64,000 nt of DNA from Mobula hypostoma (lineage: Eukaryota), in assembly GCF_963921235.1 (NCBI RefSeq), contig NC_086097.1, positions 121,460,001 through 121,524,000 on the forward strand, given 5' to 3'. Below are positions 13,780 to 26,600 of the stretch, piece after piece. The notes under the pieces are model-generated. The model made no database searches. It was not told the DNA's origin and saw nothing but the letters and a program-made list of their open reading frames with translations. Numbering within the stretch: the first letter of the stretch is position 1; every line of letters begins with the position of its first letter. A program made the translations under genes and the position numbers.

Positions 13780-14330
13780 GACACAGTGTTCATGGGTTCA
13801 TGGTCGATTCAGAAATCTAATGGTGGAGGAGAAGTTGCTGTTCATGGTATGTTCTGTGTGTGTCTTCAGGCTCCTGTACCTCCTCAATGAGATGAGAACA
13901 TGTCCTGGGTGATGGGGTTCCTTAATGGTAGATGTCGCCTTCTTGCGATGTCTCATTTTGAAGATGACCTTAATGCTGGGGAGGCTAATGCCCATGGTGA
14001 AGCAGGCTGAGTTTTCAACTTTCTGTAGTTTTTCCCGATCCTGTGCTGTGTCCCCTCTGTACCAGACGGTAATGCAACCATTTGGAATGCTTTCCTCCAT
14101 ATATCTGTAGAAATTTGTGAGTGTCTTTTGTAACATACCTAGTCTCCTAAAACTCCTAATGAACTATAGCAGCTTTTGTAATTGCATCAATATGTTGGAT
14201 CCAGGATAGATCTTCAGAGATGTTGATATCCAGGAACTTGAAGCTGCTCACCCTTTCCACTGCTGATCTATCGATGAGGACTGGTGTGTGATCCCTTGAC
14301 CTCCCCTTCTTGAAGTCCACAGTCAATTCC
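13780..14330 (-). mobile_element. Rex/Babar LINE 3' fragment, abutted by a CR1 fragment (about 14330-14510)
   Basis: ORFs 14156..14413(-) KELTVDF..VERVSSFKFL.INISEDLSW and 13798..14136(-) LTNFYR..EES...CITVWY. Confidence 0.8.
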
Positions 14331-14546
14331 TTCATTCTTCTAAACTTCAGCAAGTACAGGCCCAGAGCCATTAAACGCTCCTCAGACGTCAGCCCTTTCA
14401 TTTCTGGAATCATTCTCGGTAACCTCCTCTGAACCTTCTCCAGTCTCCGGTGCCTTATCGAGCCTCAACATTATATCCTTGATTCTAGTGCTCTCAAAAT
14501 GAATGCTAATAGTTTTTGTAGATTATGGAACTAAAAACATGGAATA

Positions 14547-15260
14547 AAATATACTGCGTCCGGTGCTCATGGTGCGGCCTTCTATATATTGGTGAGACCC
14601 GACGCAGGCTGGGAGACCGTTTCGCTGAACACCTATGTTCTGTCTGCCAGGGAAAGCAGGATCTCCCAGTGGCCACACATTTTCATTCCACGTCCCATTT
14701 CCATTCTGATATGTCTATCCACGGCCTCCTCTACTGTAAAGATGAAGCCACACTCAGGTTGGAGGAACAACACTTTATATTCCGTCTGGGTATCCTCCAA
14801 CCTGATGGCATGAACACTGAGTTCTCCAACTTCCGTTAATGCCCTTCCTCCCCTTCTTACCCCATCCCTTGTTTGTTTGTTTGTTTATTTATTTATTTCT
14901 CCCTTTTTTTTCTCTTTTTTCTCCCTCTATCCCTCTCACTATAACTCCTGCCTGCTCTCCATCTTCCTCTGGGCTCCCCTCCCTCTTTCTTTCTCCCTAG
15001 GCTTCCCATCCCATGATCCTCTCCCTTCTCCAGCCTTGTATCCCTTTTGCCAATCACCTGTCCAGCTCTTGGCTCCATCCCTCCCCCTCCTGTCTTCTCC
15101 TATCAGTTTGGATCTCCCCCCCTCCCACTTTCAAATCTCTTACTAACTCTTCCTTCAGTTAGTCCTGACGAAGGGTCTCGGCCCGAAACGCCAACTGTAC
15201 CTCTTCCAATAGATGCTGCCTGGCCTGCTGCGTTCCACCAGTATTTTAGGTGTGTTGGTT
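14547..15260 (+). mobile_element. Penelope-like retroelement 3' part: GIY-YIG endonuclease, pyrimidine-rich UTR and hammerhead-bearing tail
   Basis: ORF 14525..14839 IYCVRCSWCGLLYIGETRRRLGDRFAEH..PVATHF..RLEEQHFIFRLG.LQPDGMN. Confidence 0.9.
15161..15197 (+). ncRNA. Minimal type I hammerhead ribozyme motif of the Penelope tail, probably inactive
   Basis: AGTC-CTGACGA-A-GGG tctcgg CCC-GAAAC-GCC: core intact, but the cleavage triplet reads GCC instead of GTC. Confidence 0.7.
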
Positions 15261-16029
15261 GAATAAAATAAACATATTGCTTGCCTTTTAAATCAAGTCA
15301 TTTGAATAGGGTCATATTTCGAATAGGAAAAGTAGTGTTGCAAGTCCAGGGATAGGATGAGAGTTCAGCTGTGTTTGTGTGTAAATCAAAGCTGAACTAA
15401 TCTGCAAGGTTGATATTGTTGCTGGTTCTCTGTGGAGTCTGAGGCTAAAGGTGAGTGATTTTTGATTCACTGCAGCATTGCTTGTCAGTCTTTTTGATAC
15501 ATCGCCCTTTCTATATTGGGTAAAACAGGTAACAGTCAGTTGTAAACTGAACTTTCAGTAGTGTGAAATATTTGAAAATGCTTCATAATTCTGCAAGCTC
15601 ATCAGGTTCTTAATGACACCACAACTGTGTCAGCATGATTGCCATTCATTCATTCAGAACAGACTCCATGAGTTAGCACTATATCCAATACTGACTTATG
15701 ACTTCCTAGCAACTGTCCACTGTAAGGAAAATATTCTTTAAATTGAGATTCTGTGACCACAGTTACTGCTTTGAAAGCTTAGGTGTGGCTATCTTGATAA
15801 ACTTTAGAGCCATGTCAAGGCAGACCTTGCTGAAGTGATTAGACACTTTAAATTTAGCAAAGTATGCATGATGGATAAAATAGCACAATTGCTTAGTTGT
15901 TTATCTCAATGTGGTGGATGCAAGAATATTAAAACAAAATAGTTTTTAATGATCCTACTGGGTATTTTCTGTAAAATAGTCTGAATTTTTCAACAGCTCA
16001 TATGCACAAATCCTTCTATTCATTTCTGA

Positions 16030-16865
16030 AGCACTTTTCCTCAGAACCTGAGTGGTGGTCAACATATCTTTGATGATGAGTGCTGTTTTCCTGCAACAGC
16101 ACTTCATATTGATGTGCGCAGTGATGTGGAGGGTTTTATCTGTGATGGACTGGACTGTATTTACTACTTTTTGTCGGCTTTTCCATTCAAGGGCATTCCA
16201 TATCAGACTGATGCAACATTCAATATACTCTTCCCTGGACATCTGTAGCAGTTTGTTAAAGTTTTAGATGACATGCCAAATTTGCAAACTTGTAAGGAAG
16301 GTGCTGCTGTCCTTTTGAAATGGCACTTGTATGCTGGACTGAGGACAAGTTATCTGAAATGATAACACTGAGGAATTTAATGATGCTGAATGCTGACCCT
16401 CTCCACCTCTCATTCCCCCCCCCCCCCCGCCAAACCCCCGACAAGAACTGGCCATGGACCTCCATCAGCAAGAAGGTACAGGAGCCTCAGGACCCACACC
16501 ACCAGGTTCAGGAACAGTTACTACTTTTCAACTTGAACCAGTGGGGATAATTTCACTTGACATCACTCGCCCCATCATTGAACTATTCCCACAACCTATG
16601 GACTGACTTCTAAGGACCTTTCATCTCATGTTCTCCATATTTATTGCTTATTGATTTATTATCATTATTATTTCTTCTTGCTTTTTGTATTTGCTCTGTT
16701 TGTTGTATTTTGCACATTGGTCATTTGTCTGTCCTGTTGGGCGCAGTCTTTCATTGATTCTGCTGTGTTTCTTGTACTTACTGTGAGTGCCTGTAAGAAA
16801 ATGAATTTCAGGATTGTATTTGATGACATATGTCTACTTTGATAATCACTTTACTTTGAACTTTG
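16030..16865. mobile_element. Two Rex/Babar 3' fragments in opposite orientation (about 16030-16410 minus, 16470-16865 plus)
   Basis: Minus strand FL.V.ISDNLS, .KVVNTVQSIT, IIKD; plus strand ends in the family tail aagaaaatgaat.tcagg..gtat.tgatgac..actttgataat..tttactttgaactttg, also seen at about 30030-30333 and 46820-47080. Confidence 0.65.
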
Positions 16866-16939
16866 TGTTCATTTTGTAATCTGATGTCATTAACGTAATA
16901 AACGTTTGACCATTAAATTGGCACTAATTCTTTTTGCAG

Positions 16940-17055
16940 GTAGTAGGAAGATTGTGATATGTGTACTAGAGCTTTTGACAGAACTGGTGATGCTTATTAG
17001 TGATTCAATCTCTGAAGACGTCTGGGATGATGAGAGTCTGACCGGTCGAGAACTG
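16940..17055 (+). CDS. RTTN: Rotatin coding exon (3rd in window)
   Basis: ttgcag|GTAG acceptor, CTG|gtatga donor. GSRKIVICVLELLTELVMLISDSISEDVWDDESLTGREL. Confidence 0.93.
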
Positions 17056-19104
17056 GTATGAGTTTTGTGGGAATACGTTTGTCAACAGAACCTTGTATTC
17101 TATTAAGAAAAATCTGAATTGGTCTGAACATGTTTACATCTTTGAGCACTCTTAATTTCTCTTTTCAAATGATTTTAAATTAGTGATGACTTCAGTTTCT
17201 CACACAACACAGTGTTTTTATTTGTGTTATTTGCTCCTTGTTGGTATTGGTATTGTGCCGGCACCTTTCTTTCCAAAGCTTTTAAGATTCATCACTGGGA
17301 ATTGTCTTTGAATTCTTGTTATTAAGTCCTGATGTTGGTTTAAACTAGTGCTGCATGTCCAGAATCAAGTAAGGATTTGAATTGGTGTATCATCTTTCGC
17401 AAACTCAGAACATTCCAAAAATGGATTGCATTGCGATTCTGTTTCAATCCTAGGTACTGCGGTGCAGGAAATAAGGTTATCTACATAAACATCTAAGGTT
17501 CTGGTATATGTAGGGGAAAAAAAAATGGTTCTGCATTGAATAACAATGGATACCAATAAACTGGAATGGGGTTGAAGAAACTGAGGAAGAGACTATTGTA
17601 GCACACCCTGTTCTAAGTCCATAATCTATAAATAACAATGTTATGGATGTTTCTATTCTCACCTTTTAAATTTTCATTGGTTCTGACATATAGAAAGAAT
17701 TAGTTTTGCTTTTCTGCCAGTATAAAAGATAACTACCCAAATTAAATTTGGCATCAAATCTCACTGGCTGTTATACAAGAAAGGTACCATAATTATTTAG
17801 ATGTTAACATTTTCAATCACATTTTCTGTATCTCCAGGTGAGTGTTTCAGTTCTAACCAGTAGGGGGAAGCAGTGAATCAGTAATAAATGCACTGTACAG
17901 ACCATGACATACAAGCAAAACTGCCCTGTTCACTAGCTATATGCATAAATCCTGGAGGATGAGTGCTTATTTTCGCTTTTGCTCTTGTCTTATGAGAATG
18001 TATCTTAAAACCTCAGATGCTTGCAACTTTTTGGGGAACTGAGTTCCAAATTTCTACAACCATTAGTCTGAATAAGTCTTACATCATTCTGTTTGTGAAT
18101 GATCCATACTAAATTTAAGATAATGTCTCCTTTTCTTGATTTTTCCCACATGCAGATAAGCTTACCTGCACCAAGATCCTTTTAGCATTTAATCAGAGCA
18201 CAAGTTTCTGCAGCCATTCCAAATCTTTATCTTTCTTTTATCCCTGTGCTTTATCTTTCTTCATTTCCATACTTGAATGTGACATTAACTTTTTTTCTTC
18301 GTTATGCGTCCACCGTAATCATAAGGTCATCCAAACTTCTTTCCATATGAGTTGTATTATGTTTTCAGAAGGTGTAGTGGTCAAAACTGAACACAATACT
18401 CTACATTGAGCATGACTAAGACTCTATGCATACTTGTTCCTCATTGCATTTCAGCCCCTTGAAATAAGGTTAATAGAACATGGAATGTAGAATGTAGAAC
18501 AGTACAGTACAAAACAGACCTTTCAATGTTGTACTGACCTTTTAACCTTCTCTGAGATCAATCTAGCTCTTCCCTCCAACATAGCCCTCTATTTTTCTAT
18601 CATTTATGTGCTTATCTAAGAGTTTCTTAAATGTCCCTTATGAATCTGCCTCTACCAACATCCCTAGCAGTGCGATCCACGTGTCTGCTGCTTTTTGTGT
18701 AAAGAACTTAAACCCAGACATTCTCCAACCCCCCACACTGTCTGCCAATCATCTTAAAATTGTGCCCAGTGGTATTAACTGTAAATATTCTTGTAGATCC
18801 ATAAGCCATGGAACTGTTAAGTATTGATTGTAGCTAAATGAGAGCCACTTCATTGAGCTGAGTAAAGGATGCATGGCATTATAATTGTAAAATTATTTCT
18901 TCCCAAAAAGAGTGATTTGCATTTGAAATAATTAGTCGGATAAGGGAGAGACACTTATTAAGAATGCAATTTATTGGTAGATTGGGTAAGATGAAATATG
19001 AACAAATGGGCTTCATTGAACCCCATGGGGATTCATGAATGGGAATGATATATTCCTGTTCATGAATCTTTCTTCTGGTACTTTTTACATCACTACACCT
19101 ATTA

Positions 19105-20232
19105 CAGGGAAGATAATAGCACGTACAGAAGATTGGCTGACTGTCAGGAGGCAAAGAGTGGGAATAAACAGGGTCTTTTCTGATTGGCTGCTGGTGACTC
19201 ATGGTATATTGCATTCTAATGGTGTTCCACAGGGATCAGTGTTGGGACCGTTGCTTTTCACATTATACGTCAATGATTTGGATGACAGAATTAATAGCTT
19301 TGTGGCCAAGTTTCTGGATGATACAAGGTAGTTGGAGGGGCAAGTAGTGTTGAGCAAGCAGGTAATCTGCAGAAGGACTTGAGACAGATTTGGGGAATGG
19401 GTAAAGAAGTGGTAGATGGAATACAGTACAGGGAAGCATTTGTTCATGCACTTTAGTAGAAGGCATAAAAATTTAGACTATTTTCTAAATGGGGAGCAAA
19501 TTCAGAAATCAGAGGTGCAAAGGGACCCAAGAGTCCTCGTGCAGGATTTCCTAAAGATTAACTTGCAAGTTGAGTCGGTGTTAATGAATGCTAACATTGC
19601 ATTTGCCTTCTTTTCAAGAGAACGAGAATATCAAAACAAGTATGTAATGCAGAGATTTTACATGGCATTGGTCAGATGGTACTTGGAGTCTTGTGAGTAG
19701 TTTTGGGTTCCTTGTCTAAGAAAGGATGTGCAGCCATTGAAGACAGTCCAGAGGAGGTTCATGAGAATGATCCTGGGAATGAAGGTGTCAGCGTAGGAGG
19801 GGTGTTTGGCTCTTGGCCTGTACTTGCTGAGTTTAGAAGAAAGAGTTGGGGTGTGGGAAATCTCACTGAGATGTATTGTTTATTGAAGGGCCTAGAGAGA
19901 GTGGATGTGAAGAGAATGTTTCCTATAGTTGGGAAGTTTAGAACCAGAAGGCACGGCCTCAGAATAAAGGATGTCCCTTTAGAACAGAGACATGGAGGAA
20001 TCTGTTTGGCCAGAAAGTAGTGAATCTGGAAGTCATTACCACAGGCCCCTGTGGAGGCAAGTCATTGAGTATATTTAAAGCGGAGATTGATAGGTTCCTG
20101 ATGAGAAGGACATCAAAGCTTACTTAGAAAAGGCAGGGGAATGAGGTTTAGAGGGAAAATAAATCAACCATGATGATATGGCAGAACAGGCTGGCTGGTC
20201 CGAATGGCCTATTTCCGCTCCTATGTCTTATA
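19105..20232 (+). mobile_element. 5'-truncated degenerate CR1 LINE (RT C-terminus to 3' tail)
   Basis: GVPQGSVLGPLLFTLYVNDLD..KFLDDT, then tail ggcctatttccgctcctatgtcttat. Confidence 0.9.
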
Positions 20233-20433
20233 GTCATTTTAAACGGTACTGTGTTTTGTACTAAATATTTATTTTGCAATTTCTGTTCTCAGCATGCAAC
20301 AATGACTATTATTAAATCTTTAGTTAAGGTAAAGAAGCCAAAACAATTGCTGTATCAGTTAACCACTGTTATGGTTTAGGGTACTTCAAATGAGTAAGTC
20401 TAATGCTTTTCATTTTACTGTTTTTATTTACAG

Positions 20434-20604
20434 AAGGAAAGTCTGATAGGATCATTGGATGCTTTGGGGGAAGTTCTTGCTTATCATAATACCAGCATTG
20501 CTGTAGAACAACAAGAAGCGGCTATTGTGCACCACCGATTAGCGTTTATTAGTATTGCGCTATTCTCTGTGCGTTTTCTGCAAGTAGTCCTCCCTGTAGA
20601 GAAG
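20434..20604 (+). CDS. RTTN: Rotatin coding exon (4th in window)
   Basis: ttacag|AAG acceptor, AAG|gtgagc donor. [57 protein letters not shown]. Confidence 0.95.
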
Positions 20605-20717
20605 GTGAGCTGATGCATTTGTACCTGTTCACTTCCACAAGATTTCATTTGGATCTTGTGCACAATCAAATGTAAGTTTGCAGCTCTCTGCATATTTTTA
20701 TGTATGTTAAAGGACAA

Positions 20718-21005
20718 TTAAGATTAGCTTTGTCACATGTACATTGAAATATACATGAAGTGTGTTGTTTACACCAAGAGCAGTGTTGGGCAGCCCACAA
20801 GTGTTGCCACGCTTATGGTACCAACATAGCATGCCTATAGCTCACTAACCTTAACCTGTAGGTCTTTGGAATGTGGGATGAAGATGGAACAGCCAGAGGA
20901 AGCCCATGCAGTCATGGGGAGAAAGTACAAACTCTTGACAAGTAGCAGCAGGAATTGACCCTGATTCACGGTCATTAAAGCGATGTGCTAATCTCTATGC
21001 TACTG
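20718..21005 (-). mobile_element. tRNA-derived V-SINE copy
   Basis: Reverse complement contains catgggcttcctctggctgttcca..catcccacattccaaagac (V domain) and tail acatgtgacaaagctaatct. Confidence 0.7.
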
Positions 21006-23559
21006 TAAGTGTAATGATAGGTACTGATAGTTCTGTAATTACTTCTTGTTTCTGTGTGCACTTGTAATTGTAATTCATATGCAATTTTCCATTTCTCTTT
21101 TCTAAAGTTTTTTAAGCTTGCTTTTCATTGTGCAGTGTCTGACAAGACAGTGCGATGATATATCTAGGAACGTGTATAAAAAATGGCCAACTGAGCAAGG
21201 TATCTTCAACTGATGAAAACTCTGAAGGGCATTTGCTTATTAATATTGATAAGCTACTTCCTTTGATGGTTACACAATTGTGATGTAATTTACAGTGATT
21301 ATATGAAAAAAGCAGTGTGTATTTCCTGTTTTGGATAGGATATGAGATTAAATGTTGGCTTCTTTAAGTTCAGAAACTTCCCTTTTGCGCAAACCTTTTC
21401 AAATAGTGATTGAAATTGTGAACGGTTTCTTAGAAAGAAGCCAAACAAAGTCAAATCAAAAAACATTGCAGAACATCACTTGCTGTAGAAATTAGATTTT
21501 GAAACAATTTGCAATCCTCATAGGGCTTTTGTATTCACTCTGAAATTCCATTAAGTTGTTAATGGGCTGAATGCTTGCGCTTCACTCTCGACAATGGAGT
21601 CATCAACTAGATGATTCAAGGCTCGCCTTTGATACTGAGAATTACAGCATCATCATAGGGGTTTTACGAAATATTGCCTTAATCAAAAATCATGATCAGT
21701 ATTTATAAACAAGTTCTTAAGCCTGGTGATTCTGTGCTAAGTGTCTGCACCAATTTATATTCGTCTGCACCTACTATATTATTCTCCACACATACCCTTC
21801 AATTTAACCCTGATTCTACCAGTTGCATACAGAGCGTGGACAAACTACAGTAGCCAATTAACCAAAGAATCCACTTGAGAATCTGCTTGCTTTTGGAGGT
21901 ATGAAGCACCAGGAGGAAACAAACCCACATGGTCACAGGGAGACCACACAGACCCCCCACAAACACCAGAGAACAGGATTGAAACCAGTGACTGGAACTG
22001 AGGCAGTAGCCTTGCTGGCTATATCTTTGTGCTACTCTAGCTTGTTGAACGGAATCTCCGAAATGTTTAAAGTGACAATGTGATGTCTCCAGTGAATTTT
22101 AGTGATAAATGAGGCTTAAAGTTTAAATTGTGCTCGTTTTCTTCCCTGGTTACCTTTGGGGATCAAACAATCTAAATAGGACCATTAATCTGTCAGAATA
22201 ACTGGAGCATTGACCTTGTGCATCCCTTGTGTAGGCTCTGTCTGAGTTTCTCAGTTTGAATATCACTGATCTCATTGAACCTGATGTATTTTTCTGTTTG
22301 ATGCTGTAATTCATGAGTATTTATAAAGTGGAGAGAAAAACTACAGAGTAATTACTATTCAGCATACTCCTATTTTTTTTAAATGTATGTGGTTGCAAAA
22401 AATAAATGTATATAAAACATACTACTGTTGAATTTTCTATCCTGAGTGCACCCAGCTATTTTGTAAGTCCTTCTTTGTTACAGTACCACTGAAGTACTGC
22501 ACAGAGAAAGGCCCTTTGGCCCATCTAGCCCATGACAAACCATTTACACTGCCTACTTGCATTGACATACATAGCCCTCCAGACCCCTACCATCCATGTT
22601 CCTATCCAAACTTCTCTCAAATGCTGTAGTCGGGCTTACATGCACTGGCTGCTAGAGGGGAACATGAAGTTTCCCCTCGTTCCTCTTAAGCTTTTCACCC
22701 TTCACCCACTCAAATTCAGTGGTAAAAGCCTGCTTGTGTTTTCCCTATCTTTACCCCTCATAATTTTGTATACCTCTATCAAATCTTCCCTCAGTCTTCT
22801 GCGTTCCAAGGAATAAAGTCCTTGGTATAAGTTCCGCTTGGTAGTTTTGTGATGCCCACTGTTAGGGGAGCCTTCACGTATTCTGAAGTGGCTCCAATCA
22901 TTATGATTTCCGTTCTAACTAGTCTTGAAAAGAATAGAGCCATCTGATTTTGGGGTGATGAAATTAGTTGGGTGCGTATGGTCTTGTGAAGGCATCTTCA
23001 TCTGTGACTAAACTGTATGGTTAAATTAATTGGTACAGATGTTATACTGCTACTCGTTCATGCAGGAGTTGTTCCTAGATCGTTGTTGATGTAGGAACCA
23101 TGGCAGAGGAACATTATTCTCTACAAGAATAAGGTTAAAACATCCAGACCTATGAATAGGATATTCTGTCTGATATCAGAAGACCCAAAATGCAGTCAAG
23201 CTTTATACAGTGCGGTGCCTGCTATGCATTTTTATCAGTTCCTGGAATTAAAATGTGAGGAAGGAATTGTACTTGGAATAATTTTCAATAATTATTCAAT
23301 AAACATTCAATAAAGAGCCTTTTTTTAATGCTTTCTCCTGATTCACTCTTAGCATAATTAGTATCACAGGGTCATTTATTTGGTCTATAGCCTTTTGTGC
23401 CTTGGAGGATTATGTCATGTCTACCACTATGTCATGCATTGTTGGACATTTAATCAAGAAGATTTCTTTCACACTCTAGGTTTCAATCAAAAATTAATGT
23501 TACCACTCTGACTTACAAAAATATCTGCTTAGTTACTTCGAAAAAAAAATGAGATATGA

Positions 23560-23687
23560 CATGATAGTCTGATTAGCGCCATGCATTACAGCGCCAGGGG
23601 GTTCAATTCCCTCTGCTGTCTGTACATTTCTCCTGTGACCACATGGGTTTCCTCCAGGTGTTCCAGCTCCCCCCCACATTCCAAAGA
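23560..23687 (+). mobile_element. V-SINE 5' half (3' half resumes at about 27888-28052 after the CR1 insertion)
   Basis: B-box ggttcaattcc, V domain tgggtttcctccaggtgttccag..cccacattccaaaga; continuation tgtgggttagggttactaaattgtgggcatg...gacaaataaagctaat. Confidence 0.8.
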
Positions 23688-26600
23688 ATCAGAGCAAGAA
23701 GGCTGAGAGTGAATGGCTGATTTTCGGAGCCATGGTGGTTTTTACCACTTCGGGGTAAAAGAGAGGCAAGACTGCGCAGGCGTGTGACGTCAGCCAGTAG
23801 AGCACGAAAGGTTTAAAAAGAAGACCGTCATATCCAGCGGGCAGCATTCGGAGTGGGCAGCAGAGTGAGAGGCAGCAGAGTGATAGGGCTTTGGCTCAAC
23901 GGGCTTAGGCACTAACGGGACGAGGTGAGGTAGGTTTACTGTTGTTATTTGCGGAAAGGAGGAAGTATGTGTGTGAGGCTAGTTTTCTCTGCTCATATCT
24001 GTCAGATATGGGAGGTCCTGGAGTCTCCCAGCCTCCCAGACGGCCATATCTGCACCAGGTGTATCGAGCTGCAGTTCCTAAGGGACTGAGTTAGGGAACT
24101 GAAGATGCAGCTTGATGACCTTCGCCTGGTCAGGGAGAGCGAGGAAGTGATAGAAAGGAGTTACAGTCAGGTGGTCACACCGGGGCCATGGGAGATAGGC
24201 AAGTGGGTCGCAGTCAGGAGGGGGAAGGGGAAGAGTCAGGTACTAGAGAGTACCCGTGTGGCTGTACCCCTTGACAATAAATACTCCTGTTTCAGTACTT
24301 CTGGGGGGACAGCCTACCTGGAGAAAGCAACAGTGGCCGTGCCTCTGGCACAGAGTCTGGCCCTGTGGCTCAGAAGGGTAGGGAAAGGAAGAAGAAGGCA
24401 GTAGTGATAGGGAACTCTATAGTTAGGGGGTCAGACAGGCCATTCAGTAGATGCAGGAAAGAAACTCGGATGGTAGTTTGCCTCCCACGTGCCAGGGGCC
24501 GGGATGTTTCAGATTGCGTCCAAGATATCCTGCAGTGGGAGGGAGAACAGCCAGGGGTTGTAGTACATATTGGTACCAATGACATAGATAGGAAAAGAGA
24601 AGAGGTCCTGAAAAAAGAGTACAGGGAGTTAGGAAGAAAGTTGAGATGCAGGACCGCAAAGGTAGTAATCTCGGGATTACTCCCTGTGCCATGTGATAGT
24701 GAGAATAGGAATAGAATGTGGTGGAGGACAAATGCGTGGCTGAGGGATTGGAGCAGGGGATAGGGATTCAGATTTCTGGATCATTGGGACTTTTTTTGGG
24801 GCAGGTGTGACCTGTACAAAAAGGACGGGTTGCACTTGAATCCCAGGGGGACCAATATCCTGGTGGGGAGGTTTGCTAAGGCTACTGGGGAGAGGTTAAA
24901 CTAGAAATGTGGGGGGTGGGAACCGAACTGAAGAGACTGGGGAAGAGGAGGTTGGCTCACAAATAGAGAAAGCTTGTAGACAGTGCGAGAGGGAGGATAG
25001 GCAGGTGATAGAGAATGGACGCGCTCAGACCGAAGTTTTGAGATGCGTCTTTTTTAACGCAAGGAGTGTTGTGAACAAAGTGGATGAGCTTAGAGCGTGG
25101 ATCAGTACTTGGAGGTATGATGTGGTGGCTATTACAGAGACTTGGATGGCTCAGGAACAGGAATAGTTACTTCAAGCGCTGGGTTTCAGATGTTTCAGAA
25201 AGGGCAGGGAGGGAGGCAAAAGAGGTGGGGGCGTGGCACTTGATCAGAGACAGTGTCACGGCTCCAGAAAAGGTGGACGCTATGGAGGGATTGTATACAG
25301 GGTCTCTGTGGGTGGAGGTTAGGAACAGGAAAGGGTCAATAACTTTACCGGGTGTTTTTTATAGACCACCCAATAATAACAGGGATATCGAGGAGCAGAT
25401 AGGGAAGCAGATCCTGGAAAGGTGTAATAATAACAGAGTTGTCAGGATGGGAGATTTTAATTTCCCAAATATTGATTGGCATCTCCCTAGAGCAAGGGGT
25501 TTAGATGGGGTGGAGTTTGTTAGGTGTGTTCAGGAAGCTTTCTTGACGCAATATATAGATAAGCCTACAAGAAGAGAGGCTGTACTTGATTTGGTTTTGG
25601 GAAATGAACCTGGTCAGGTGTCAGATCTCTCAGTGGGAGAGCATTTTGGAGATAGCGATCATAATTCTATCTCCTTTACAATAGCATTGGAGAGAGATAG
25701 GAACAGACAAGTTCGAAAAGCGTTTAATTGGAGTAAGGGGAATTATGAGGCTATCAGGCAGGAAATTGGAAGCTTAAATTGGAAACAGATGTTCTCAGGG
25801 AAAAGTACGGAAGAAATGTGGCGAATGCTCAGGGGATATTTGTGTGGAGTTCTGCACAGGTACGTTCCAATGAGAGGGAAGTTATGGTAAGGTACAGGAA
25901 CCGTGGTGTACAAAGGTTGTAATAAATCTTGTCAAGAAGAAAAGAAAAGCTTACAAAAGGTTCAGAGAGCTAGGTAATGTTAGAGAACTAGAAGATTATA
26001 AGGCTAATAGGAAGGAACTTAAGAAGGAAATTAGGAGAGCCAGAAGGGGTATGAGAAGGCCGTGGCAGGCAGGATTAAGGAAAACCCCAAGGCATTCTAG
26101 AAGTATGTGAAGAGCAAGAAGATAAGACATGAAAGAATAGGACCTATCAAGTGTGACAGTGGGGAAAGTATGTATAGAACCGGAGGAAATAGCAGAAGTA
26201 CTTAATGAATACTTTACCTCAGTATTCACTATGGAAAAGAATCTTGGTGATTGTAGTGATGACTTGCAGCAGACTGAAAAGCTTGAGCATGTAGATATTA
26301 AGAAAGAGGATGTGCTGGAGCTTTTGGAAAGTATCAACTTGGATAAGTCACGGGGACTGGATGAGATGTACCCCAAGGTACTGTGGGAGGTGAGGGAGGA
26401 GATCGCTGAGCCTCTGGCAATGATCTTTGCATCATCAATGGGGACAGGAGAGGTTCCGGAGGCTTGGAGGGTTGCGGATGTTGTTCCTTTATTCAAGAAA
26501 GAGAGTAGAGATAGCCCAGGAAATTATAGACCAGTGAGTCTTACCTCAGTGGTTGGTAAGTTAATGGAGAAGATCCTGAGAGGCAGGATTTATGAATATT

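Noticed and set aside
19035..19075. Peptide similarity NGNDIFLFMNL versus TGNGILFMNL (36235)
   Set aside because: Nucleotide identity is short and gapped in AT-rich sequence; consistent with chance.
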